From: an uncultured archaeon
Lineage (GTDB): Archaea > Asgardarchaeota > Thorarchaeia > Thorarchaeales > Thorarchaeaceae
DNA length: 24,000 nucleotides
NCBI GenBank assembly: GCA_964558645.1
Contig: CAZLEV010000002.1
Span: 41,193 to 65,192 of the forward strand
Direction: 5' to 3'
Shown: piece after piece, positions 1 through 8,132 of the stretch
Layout: each line of letters starts with the position of its first letter
Numbering within the stretch: the first letter of the stretch is position 1
Made by a program: the position numbers and the translations under genes
The notes under the pieces: model-generated
Told to the model about the DNA's origin: nothing
What the model saw: the letters and a program-made list of their open reading frames with translations, nothing else
Database searches by the model: none

Positions 1-927
1 GATGAAGGGATAAAGAAGGCACTGCGTGACAGAGGAGCCAAGAAAGCAGCATACGTTGCCTACGAGGAACCCGACAGACGAAAGGAGGACAGACCAAACA
101 CGGCACTCTGGCCTCAGACAATTGCCAGACATGGCCTATTACGTCCACCCAATGCAGAGATCCTTGCGCCATTCACGCACAACGCGTTATACATTGCGCG
201 ATCTGTGGCGGTCTATGACTCAATGCTCCAGAGATATCGTGATGAGTCGCGTCCGTTCAAATCAACCGAGATTAGTACAAGTCCAAAATTGTGTAGGAGC
301 CTCATCACGCTTGCTGGGGCTAGAAGAGGAGACACAGTCCTTGACCCATTCTGCGGAACAGGAACTCTTCTTATGGAAGCAGCACTCTTGGGGATGCGAT
401 GTGTGGGCATCGACATTGATGCTAATGCGGTTCAGGGAACAGCTGCGAATCTCAAGTGGCTAGGCAAAGAGCTTGAAGAATACCTTGATTTCCGAGTCCT
501 CCATGGCGATGCGCGAGATAGCGAACATCTGGTTGCGGAGAAGGTAGATGCGATTGCATTTGAGCCCTACCTTGGTCCACTTTACGAGAATCAACCAGCA
601 GAACCAGAGGCCAGAGCCTTGACCAAAGACCTGACAGAGTTATATCGAGACTCGCTGAAGTCGCTAGCGGCCATCCTGAGACACGATGGAAAGGTTGCGA
701 TGACTATCCCCGTGATCAATTGCAGGACCGGAAAAGTAAGAATCGATCTTGATCGCATGTTGTCAGAAACGCCCTTCCGGATACACAAGATGCTACCGGG
801 CGGAGTATTCAAGAGTGATCCCAACAGAAACACACCTTACATGATAAGACCAAACAGAGACCTGCTTCCCGAACGAAAGTGGGGACAAGTAGTTCAGCGG
901 CAGGTGATTACACTAAGTATCTCTTAG
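1..927 (+). CDS. SAM-dependent RNA methyltransferase, UPF0020/Trm11-like (N2-guanine tRNA MTase family), 5'-truncated by the window edge
   Basis: Frame +1 is open from nt 1, so the track ORF at 205 starts on an internal GTG. Motif I is 'VLDPFCGTGTLLMEAALLG', followed by 'CVGIDID'. The upstream 'SPKLCRSLITLAG' resembles the Trm11/Trm-G10 pre-motif-I arm. Motif IV is the atypical 'FEPY' (559-570) rather than D/NPPY. Confidence 0.7.
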   Translation, partial: DEGIKKALRDRGAKKAAYVAYEEPDRRKEDRPNTALWPQTIARHGLLRPPNAEILAPFTHNALYIARSVAVYDSMLQRYRDESRPFKSTEISTSPKLCRSLITLAGARRGDTVLDPFCGTGTLLMEAALLGMRCVGIDIDANAVQGTAANLKWLGKELEEYLDFRVLHGDARDSEHLVAEKVDAIAFEPYLGPLYENQPAEPEARALTKDLTELYRDSLKSLAAILRHDGKVAMTIPVINCRTGKVRIDLDRMLSETPFRIHKMLPGGVFKSDPNRNTPYMIRPNRDLLPERKWGQVVQRQVITLSIS

Positions 928-1811
928 AAAAGGTATCGTACCACATCGTCGAGGATCGCATATGTCTGCAGTCTCTGGATATCACGCTTGACGTACGGCA
1001 TCAGATGCTCAAATACCATTTGCCGATAGTTGTTCACACCGGCCTGTTCCTGTACCTCTTCGGCAGTTATCCGTAGGAGCTCCTCCAGAGCAGTCCGCAA
1101 GCTTCGGTAAGGGATGTCACCTCTGGAGACGTCTATCTCTAGTACCTCGATTCCACAGTCATCGATAGGTACGGATTCAAGAAACATATATCTCTCAGTG
1201 AGAGGTTCGATTCTGTTGCGGATGCTGCTGGCGATTTCCCGCTTGAGCTTTTTCTTCATGTCTATCTTCATCATCTGACGAAAGAGATGATTATAGACTT
1301 CAAGGCAGTCCATCGATTTGCCTGCGAGCAGACACTCGTCAGTCTCTTCATACTGAGCGACAAGTTCGTCCAAAAAGAATCCGAATTCCTTGAATGCAGT
1401 TGGATCACCATGCCACTCCTTCAATACATTACTGATTCCTCGCTCTTGAGGGATGAAGTTGTTCACGAACTCATTCAACGCGTAGTCAAGCATGAATCGC
1501 ATATGACCGATTCGTGCGGCCTTTGAGATGACCATGACGAAGAGAAGATGCTCATTCGCCTCCCAGACATATCTGCTGTTCTCGGTGTCTATTGTCTTGA
1601 GAGTCTCATTAGAAGCCTTGTCGATGAAGGTGTGAGTCGCAGACAAGAAGGGAGCAATAAGATCCATATCAATGTCAATGCCATCATACGCTCGGGCCAC
1701 GAGATTTCGGCCAGTTCCTCTCTCAATCAGCCACATTCCTAGAATTGAGCGACGTTCGGCCATCTTGAATCGCACTCCTCGTCCGTGCTTCCCCCGTAGC
1801 AAAATAAGCAT
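924..1811 (-). CDS. Hypothetical protein with an N-terminal longin/roadblock-like alpha-beta domain and a helical C-terminal half
   Basis: 295-aa ORF. A more likely start is the ATG at 1763 (MAERRSILGMWLIE), preceded by GAGGAGTG. The N-terminal roughly 100 aa show the hydrophobic pattern 'ILGMWLIERGTGRNLVARAY...HLLFVMVISK...LDYALNEFVNNF', typical of longin/sigma-adaptin/roadblock folds. The rest is predicted helical. The functional assignment is by eye only. Confidence 0.6.
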   Translation of the reverse strand: MLILLRGKHGRGVRFKMAERRSILGMWLIERGTGRNLVARAYDGIDIDMDLIAPFLSATHTFIDKASNETLKTIDTENSRYVWEANEHLLFVMVISKAARIGHMRFMLDYALNEFVNNFIPQERGISNVLKEWHGDPTAFKEFGFFLDELVAQYEETDECLLAGKSMDCLEVYNHLFRQMMKIDMKKKLKREIASSIRNRIEPLTERYMFLESVPIDDCGIEVLEIDVSRGDIPYRSLRTALEELLRITAEEVQEQAGVNNYRQMVFEHLMPYVKRDIQRLQTYAILDDVVRYLF

Positions 1812-1862
1812 ATTCGCGATGCAGCTGGCCCAAGAGACTCGACTCCAATCTGTTTCTTGAGC

Positions 1863-1897
1863 AAAAAAGAGTCAGAGGGACAGGGAATTCCCTGCCC
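1863..1897 (-). terminator. Hairpin plus T-tract terminator downstream of tfb
   Basis: A perfect 14-nt palindrome CAGGGAATTCCCTG (1881-1894) is extended by GGG/CCC flanks. On the minus strand it is followed 8 nt later by TTTTTT (plus-strand A6 at 1863-1868). The hairpin (1877-1897) begins about 50 nt 3' of the TFB stop. Confidence 0.4.
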
Positions 1898-1948
1898 ATC
1901 ATCAGCACGCCAACTCTCGGAGAGGAGTTGAAACAGCGGCGAAACCGG

Positions 1949-2986
1949 TCATGTTGTGGTAATATTCAGTTTCTGAACGATTTCCTTGTACCTGTTACGA
2001 ACAGTAACCTCAGTGACTCGAGCAGTCTTGGCAATCTGCAGCTGGGTTCGCCGGGAGCCAGTGAGGATACTTGCCACATAGATTGCAGCAGCCGCCATAC
2101 CCTTCGGATCCTTGCCAATAGTAAGACGTTCCCTCTTCGCATCATGAAGGATGTCTATCGCCTTCTTCTTCGCACAACCTGGCAGATTCAGTTCGGTGCC
2201 GAAGCGGTGAACGAAATCAACCGGACTGCTATGAGGGATCTTGAGATTCAGATATCTGAGTATAAGACGTACGCATAGAGACAACTCTTTGCGTGTGATA
2301 TGAATCTGATCGCATATCTCCTCCAGTGGGCGTGGTACAGTATGTACCCGGCAGGCAAGATAGAGAGATGCAGCAATCATCCCGAGAATGGTCCTCCCGC
2401 GAGTGAGCCGCTTTCTCAGAGCCTTTCGGTAGATGACTGCCGAGGTCTCACGAATCGAGTAAGGAATACTAAGCTGTGAGCTGATTCGGTGGAGTTCTGT
2501 CATTGCAACTGCAAGATTTCGTTTGTCGGAGGAGTGTACCTTAGTGCGTATCTGCCATTTCCGTAGCCTGTGAATCTGTGCTCGTCTGGTTGAGCTCAGT
2601 CTTCGTCCCGATGCATCAACATTCTGACGACCAATGATAGTAGTAAGACCTTGGTCAAACTTGGTCCAGTCAACAGGCCCACCCACACGTTGGCGGGAAT
2701 TCTGCTCTTCCGCAGTGAATGCTCGCCATTCTGGGCCCATATCTATCGAGTGGTCTGAAAGAACGAGTCCGCAATTAGAACAGATAATCTCTCCCCGAGT
2801 ACTATCGATGAACACTTCGGTCGAGCTACAGGCTGAACAGATGTAATTGGCCGCGTTTAGGCTATGCTCCTTGGTTTTCCGGGTCTTCAATTGTTTGCTG
2901 GCCAGTCCAATCATCTCCATACAGATCCTGATGTCAGAACCTGCCGTGAGAGCTGTCAAGGGAAACCTATGCTGCGTGTCCTTCAA
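1949..2986 (-). CDS. tfb: Transcription initiation factor TFB (TFIIB homologue)
   Basis: N-terminal zinc ribbon 'CSACSSTEVFIDSTRGEIICSNCGLVL', followed by 'GPEWRAF' and two cyclin-like repeats ('RGRTILGMIAASLYLACR', 'GKDPKGMAAAAIYVAS'). The codon at 2986 is TTG. The first ATG is at 2920 (MEMIGLASK), so the true start may be 2920. Confidence 0.95.
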   Translation of the reverse strand: MKDTQHRFPLTALTAGSDIRICMEMIGLASKQLKTRKTKEHSLNAANYICSACSSTEVFIDSTRGEIICSNCGLVLSDHSIDMGPEWRAFTAEEQNSRQRVGGPVDWTKFDQGLTTIIGRQNVDASGRRLSSTRRAQIHRLRKWQIRTKVHSSDKRNLAVAMTELHRISSQLSIPYSIRETSAVIYRKALRKRLTRGRTILGMIAASLYLACRVHTVPRPLEEICDQIHITRKELSLCVRLILRYLNLKIPHSSPVDFVHRFGTELNLPGCAKKKAIDILHDAKRERLTIGKDPKGMAAAAIYVASILTGSRRTQLQIAKTARVTEVTVRNRYKEIVQKLNITTT

Positions 2987-3306
2987 GGCGCATGAAGATC
3001 ACAACGATGACGCGGGGCTTATAGAGAACGGTCCTCGATGAGAACCAACATCATTGCGGTCACAACAAACGCAAATAACTCTTTGCACATTTCTTTCAAA
3101 ATCAATGCTATTTATTTCATATTCTTTACAATTATGCAAGTACGCTTTTCCATGCGTTTCAATAACGTTATACGACAATCAGCGTCCGTTTGCTTTTGTT
3201 TTCGAACAAAAAGCTCCACGCATATGATAGATGAGAGCCCCTGTACTCTCAGAGCGCTTGATTTATCATGTGAATATGTCTGGTTGAGAGCGAGGCACCC
3301 AGCGGA

Positions 3307-5217
3307 ATGAATGACAATAACTCGACTCGAAATCCGTGGAAGAGGATACAAGACAGGATAAGTGAGGTCCTGGCAGACGTGAGTTCCGTTGGTCGAGAGA
3401 GAATTGTTGAGTACATTGAAACGCCACCGGATGCGACACTCGGCGATTTGGCATGCACTGTTGCTTTTGAACTCGCAAAGACGAAACGGCAGAATCCAGC
3501 TGTAATCGCAGCAGAGATTGCAGAGTCTCTGAAGAAGATTGGCACACAGGAGAAACTCATCGACAGAGTAGAGGCCAAGGGACCATACATCAACATATTC
3601 CTCGATCGGGCAGAGATTGCAGCGTATGTGCTCCCCATGGTAGCGGACTTGGGAGCAGAATATGGCCGGACGGATACCTATGCCGGAGAGAGGGCCCTCA
3701 TAGAATCCCCTGCAGTCAACCCGTCGAAACCATGGCACATTGGACATTCACGTAACGCAATCATTGGACATACTCTGAGAAACATCTTGGCTTCGGTGGG
3801 ATATGATGCAGTTCTGATTGACTACATCAACGACTTGGGTCTCCAGATTGCCCAGTTGACATGGAAACTCATGCAGATGGATGATGACGATACCGATGAG
3901 AAGTATGACCACTACCTAGGAAGGCTCTATGTAGATGTGCAGAAGGAGTTTGAGAATGACCAGACGGTTGAGGCCGAGATCCGAGAAGTGACCAGGCGTC
4001 TTGAGCAACTGGAGTCGGCGGAGTCAGAGACCAGCAGCAAGATGGTGACCAAATGCCTGAAGGCACAGAACCAGACTGCCTACAGGTTAGGCATCTATCA
4101 CGACTATCAGGTGTGGGAGAGCTCCATTGCCCACAGCGGCTTGCTCACCAGAGCACGCGACATGATGCTCGACTGTGAGAATGTAGAAAAGGTGGCAGAG
4201 GGTGAGAAGAAAGGATGTATCGTTGCAAGACTTGACACCATTGAAGAATTCAAGGATATGAAGGACCCATCAAAGGTGTTGTTCAGGTCTGATGGAACTA
4301 GGACATACACAGGAGCTGATGTTGCCTTTCAAATGTGGAAATTCGGCATTGTAGATGATCCGTTTCGATACCGACCCTTTGAGGAACAGCCCGACGGGAC
4401 CACCGTCTATCGAACAGCCCTTGACGGGGAGAAGCGAGACCTGGGCAAATTCGATGTGGTCTTCAATGTCATCGGTTCGGGACAGGCGCACCCACAGAGA
4501 CTCATCTATGCATTGCTGGACATAATGGGATATCACGAACAGAGCAGAAACTCCCACCACATAGCCTACGAGTTCGTGGGGCTGGAGGAGGGAGACTTCT
4601 CTGGAAGGAAGGGCACATGGTTGGGATACACAACTGATGATGTTCTCGATCAGGCGCAAGAACTTGCAAGAGAGGAAGTGGCAAAGCGGAATCCTGATGC
4701 CGAGGAGGACTTCCTGAGTCAGGTAGCCTCCCAGGTAGCCACTGGAGCCCTTCGATATTTCATGCTCAGCGCCTCACCAGACAGGAAGATAACCTTCCGC
4801 TGGGAAGAGGCCTTGGACTTCAATGGCGATGCAGCTCCGTACCTGCAATACTCGCATGCAAGAGCAAAGAGGATTCTAGAGAAGACTGAGGACGCAGACC
4901 TCGATGCGGACCTATCGTTATTGGACTCAGAGCACGAGTTTGCTCTTATCAAAGCCATCGCACGTTTTCCTGAGGAGATACTGGAGGTCGTGAGAGGCCT
5001 TGCAAAGAATGCGTGGGGAACGAGCTTCAACTCGAATCGTCTTACCGCATACTGCTACGAACTTGCGACTTTGTTCAGCAAGTTCTATGATAATTGTCCG
5101 GTGTTGAAAGCGGATAATAATCTGAGACATGCGAGGATTGCTTTGGTGCAGGCATTCAGAATCACTATATCAAACTGCTTGGGACTTCTAGGCATCCCTG
5201 TTGTCGATAGAATGTGA
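3307..5217 (+). CDS. argS: Arginine--tRNA ligase (class I)
   Basis: 636-aa ORF. It has the HIGH-type motif 'PSKPWHIGHSRNAIIGHTL', the C-terminal anticodon-binding DALR-type region 'AAPYLQYSHARAKRILEK', and ends in '...VVDRM' as ArgRS proteins typically do. Confidence 0.95.
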   Translation: MNDNNSTRNPWKRIQDRISEVLADVSSVGRERIVEYIETPPDATLGDLACTVAFELAKTKRQNPAVIAAEIAESLKKIGTQEKLIDRVEAKGPYINIFLDRAEIAAYVLPMVADLGAEYGRTDTYAGERALIESPAVNPSKPWHIGHSRNAIIGHTLRNILASVGYDAVLIDYINDLGLQIAQLTWKLMQMDDDDTDEKYDHYLGRLYVDVQKEFENDQTVEAEIREVTRRLEQLESAESETSSKMVTKCLKAQNQTAYRLGIYHDYQVWESSIAHSGLLTRARDMMLDCENVEKVAEGEKKGCIVARLDTIEEFKDMKDPSKVLFRSDGTRTYTGADVAFQMWKFGIVDDPFRYRPFEEQPDGTTVYRTALDGEKRDLGKFDVVFNVIGSGQAHPQRLIYALLDIMGYHEQSRNSHHIAYEFVGLEEGDFSGRKGTWLGYTTDDVLDQAQELAREEVAKRNPDAEEDFLSQVASQVATGALRYFMLSASPDRKITFRWEEALDFNGDAAPYLQYSHARAKRILEKTEDADLDADLSLLDSEHEFALIKAIARFPEEILEVVRGLAKNAWGTSFNSNRLTAYCYELATLFSKFYDNCPVLKADNNLRHARIALVQAFRITISNCLGLLGIPVVDRM

Positions 5218-5218
5218 A

Positions 5219-6616
5219 CTAACCAGAGGTGACTTTTCCCGACTCTACGAGAATAGAGGGAGTTATTGCACCGACAGTCACTCTTGTGTCTTCTCCGACA
5301 ACGCTGACTCTCTTGAGAAGGTCGAGCATGTTGATTCCAAACAGAGTGTTCTTGAGTGCATGTTTAACCTCGCCGTTCTCTATGTAGAAACCCTCCATGA
5401 CCATCGCACTGAGATCTCCGGTTGCCATATTTGGTCGGTCCCCTGTCCGCCGGCATAGGATTCCTCGATCAATCTCTGCAATGAGTTCCTCTTGGGTTCC
5501 GCGCCCCGCCTCGATAATGAGATTTGATGTCGAGATTGACGGCAAGCCTGAATATGACGAACGACTGGCATTTCCGGTGTTCTCAACATTGTCCTTGTGG
5601 GCAGTGTAGGAATTGTGAAGCAGGCTCTTGAGAACCCCTGATTCAAGAACAGAAGTGTGAGTTGATGGAAATCCTTCTGCATCGAATGGTCGGGACCCTA
5701 TGCCACCGGATAGGAGAGAGTTGTCTGCAACGGACAAAGAACCAGAGGCTATCTGCTCTCCCAAGGCATCGCTGATATAAGAGCGCCCGTACTGTACCTC
5801 TTCAGCGTTGACAGCACCGGAGAAGCCGCCACCGATGATGGTGCTCACTGCCAAGGGATCGAGTACGATTTGCATGTCTCCACCGTCGATTGTATGAGCT
5901 CCCAGATTCCTTATTGCGCTTTGTGCAGATGCGATTCCCACATCTTGGGGGTTCAGGTCTCCGACCGCTCTTGATATTTGATACTCGTAGCTTGATGTCT
6001 GCTCGCCTGAATGCTTGATTGTCGGTGAGATATAGAGATAGGCGAAAGAGGTCTTCGCTGAACCAGACACTCCAAGTGAGTTCACGATAGCCCGCTCACT
6101 GACAGACAGATTCAGCTGTGCCTCCACAGCGACTTTCTTTCCAGAGAGAACATCGCGAGCCGAATCAACTGATGTAAGAATAATCTTTGCTGATTCCTCC
6201 GATGTTATCGATTCCGTTTCTGAATCGAAGAGGCCTCTGACATTGGGATATTCTTGGCCAGCAGATGGCAGACTGACAAAATCCGGATCAGGTACGGATG
6301 CACGAGCCAATGCAACGGACCGTTCAACGGCCTCCTCTATGTCCTTCTCTCTAAGCGTTGTGACATATGCAAACCCAATCGCATTATCAATGACAGATCT
6401 GACCCCACAGCCCCCGTCAGATTCTCTTGATGCGGCCTTGACAGCGTTGTTCTCCACGTGGATGTTAAATGATTTCGATAAGGCTGCATACGCCTCGACT
6501 TGGTCTGCGCCAATCTTCTCTGCACGCTTCACCGCATAATTGCCGATAGCGAGGAGCTTCTCTCTCAAATCACAACCCTCCGACAGGCATTCCCCGTATG
6601 CGTGCGTGAGGACCAC
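5219..6616 (-). CDS. pmbA: PmbA/TldE-family metalloprotease subunit
   Basis: 465-aa ORF of the TldD/PmbA fold ('VEAYAALSKSFNIHVENNAV', C-terminal 'GDLSAMVMEGFYIENGEV') lacking the HExxxH motif, located directly downstream of tldD. The ATG at 6616 overlaps tldD by 47 nt. A TTG at 6568, 1 nt after the tldD stop codon, is an alternative coupled start. Confidence 0.85.
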   Translation of the reverse strand: MVLTHAYGECLSEGCDLREKLLAIGNYAVKRAEKIGADQVEAYAALSKSFNIHVENNAVKAASRESDGGCGVRSVIDNAIGFAYVTTLREKDIEEAVERSVALARASVPDPDFVSLPSAGQEYPNVRGLFDSETESITSEESAKIILTSVDSARDVLSGKKVAVEAQLNLSVSERAIVNSLGVSGSAKTSFAYLYISPTIKHSGEQTSSYEYQISRAVGDLNPQDVGIASAQSAIRNLGAHTIDGGDMQIVLDPLAVSTIIGGGFSGAVNAEEVQYGRSYISDALGEQIASGSLSVADNSLLSGGIGSRPFDAEGFPSTHTSVLESGVLKSLLHNSYTAHKDNVENTGNASRSSYSGLPSISTSNLIIEAGRGTQEELIAEIDRGILCRRTGDRPNMATGDLSAMVMEGFYIENGEVKHALKNTLFGINMLDLLKRVSVVGEDTRVTVGAITPSILVESGKVTSG

Positions 6617-7955
6617 CGCTCATATCAGGTACTAATTGACCCGATTTGCCACAGGTTCCAGCATCCATCTTGAAGTCATTCCCTACAGCATCAACCTTCG
6701 AAAGGACATCTAGGATTTGACCCGCCAAGGATATGTCACGCACCATCTGTCCGATCTCCCCATCTTCTATAAGATAACCATGACTGGCCTGAAACATGAA
6801 CTGGCCTTTTGAGGGGTCTGTATACCCGTAGTTGAAACTGCAGAGAAGAATGCCTTCTCCTGTGTCAGCGATCAGTTCGTCAACGTCCCAGTCACCTGGT
6901 TCCATGAATGTGTTACTCATGCGTGGGAGGGGCTCATGCATGAATGACTGAGACCTCGCAGCTCCGTTTGGTTCCATCTCCAAGCGAGAGGCGGTTTCAA
7001 GGCTGTGCAGAAGCTCATTCAGAACTCCATCCTTGACCAGCAAACGTCTTCTGCTCCTCGTTCCTTCCCAATCATATTCAAATGAGCCCCGCTCTCCACT
7101 CATGGTGGGGTCATCAGTCAGATTCAGGTGTTCTGGCCCAACGGTCTTGTCCACCTTGTCCTCGAGGACTGTGGTATGTGCGGGCCAATTGTCAGCCTCG
7201 GTTGCATGCCCAAAGGCTTCGTGCACCATAACACCATTCAAGACAGGATCCATAACGACATCGTAGGTACCGCCCTTTGCTGCAACAGATGAAAGAAGGT
7301 CAATCACCTGCCTTGAGGCGCGTATTCCAACGGTTTGAGCAGCATCGCTTTCCATTGCCTCATACCCACCACGAACTCCGACTGATTTGTGAGCCCGCTG
7401 CCGGTTGCTTCCCTCCTTTGCTGTAGGTGCAGATATTATCCGAGGAAGAGAGTTCTCGAAATGTACACTGGTTCCCAAGGAGTTGGCCACAAAGATGCTC
7501 GAAGACAAATCACCATAGATTGTTCGCGAGTTCACAATCCGATCGTCAAAGTCCAGGGCTTGTTTGTCAATCCTCTTCACAAAATCCATCTTATCCTCTA
7601 TTCGAATGTCTTCAAACGGCTTACGGACGTTAAGTGTGGCTCTGTCCGTAAAGGTCGGTCCATCAATGGTGAAGCAGTCTGCAACATGGTCCTTGGTTGC
7701 CATTGCCAGTCGCGCCACCGACTCACCTGTTTCTTTCATGCCCCTCGTAGTCAGAGTCGTGGTCTGAGCAAACGCCCATGCACCGTCGGCAAAGGCTCTT
7801 ATTCCTGCCCCCTTCAGTCGTGATGCGATGGCCTTTCTTGTTATGCCATCAGAGATCTCAATGACTGTGGTCACAGTATTCTCAATACGGACATCGGCAA
7901 ACGACGCCCCGTTGCTGAGGGCACCCTCAATAGCAGCTTGCGCAAGGTCTTCCAT
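6570..7955 (-). CDS. tldD: TldD-family zinc metalloprotease
   Basis: 461-aa ORF with the catalytic 'HEAFGHATEAD' (HExxxH) motif and the C-terminal 'GTCGKSGQ...VP' signature typical of TldD. Confidence 0.9.
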   Translation of the reverse strand: MEDLAQAAIEGALSNGASFADVRIENTVTTVIEISDGITRKAIASRLKGAGIRAFADGAWAFAQTTTLTTRGMKETGESVARLAMATKDHVADCFTIDGPTFTDRATLNVRKPFEDIRIEDKMDFVKRIDKQALDFDDRIVNSRTIYGDLSSSIFVANSLGTSVHFENSLPRIISAPTAKEGSNRQRAHKSVGVRGGYEAMESDAAQTVGIRASRQVIDLLSSVAAKGGTYDVVMDPVLNGVMVHEAFGHATEADNWPAHTTVLEDKVDKTVGPEHLNLTDDPTMSGERGSFEYDWEGTRSRRRLLVKDGVLNELLHSLETASRLEMEPNGAARSQSFMHEPLPRMSNTFMEPGDWDVDELIADTGEGILLCSFNYGYTDPSKGQFMFQASHGYLIEDGEIGQMVRDISLAGQILDVLSKVDAVGNDFKMDAGTCGKSGQLVPDMSGGPHARIRGMPVGGL

Positions 7956-8056
7956 GGATGCATCCGTCAGAGCTCAGCCAACTGTTATTGATATAACTCC
8001 TTTGAAGGCGCAACGAAGCGCGGATGAGCAATAACTGCGCGGATTCAGCATCCACA

Positions 8057-8080
8057 TGAGTATTGTCATGATAATACTCA
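8057..8080. promoter_or_regulatory. Perfect inverted repeat in the divergent tldD / Zn-ribbon-gene promoter region
   Basis: TGAGTATT-(8 nt)-AATACTCA lies 53 nt upstream of the TTG start at 8133, followed by the AT-rich 'GGTTATTGTGAGCTATAG'. It is a candidate operator. No experimental support. Confidence 0.3.
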
Positions 8081-8132
8081 GGTTATTGTGAGCTATAGTG
8101 GACACTAGTACAAGACCAGCGGAGGCAGTCAG

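Noticed and set aside
26-463. A 145-aa ORF in frame +2 at the window start
   Set aside because: It overlaps the frame +1 methyltransferase reading frame, which has clear SAM-binding motifs. The product is Arg/Thr/Ser-rich and looks like noise.
2990-3070. A possible C/D-box sRNA in the tfb-argS spacer: a C-box-like ATGATGT on the minus strand at 3049-3055 and GATGA-like strings on the plus strand
   Set aside because: The C box is imperfect and no D box (CTGA) occurs at the appropriate distance on either strand. There is no terminal stem either.
3038-3310. A 90-aa ORF in the 320-bp tfb-argS intergenic region
   Set aside because: It is AT-rich low-complexity sequence ('INAIYFIFFTIM') with no RBS. 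The region is better explained as a divergent promoter spacer. The spacer's unusual length is noted, but I could not support any gene in it.
3112-3747. A 211-aa minus-strand ORF, plus nested ORFs at 3249-3638 and 3266-3547
   Set aside because: It lies mostly antisense to the strongly supported argS gene. The product is Cys/Arg/Leu-rich with no motifs, typical of a shadow ORF in the complementary frame.
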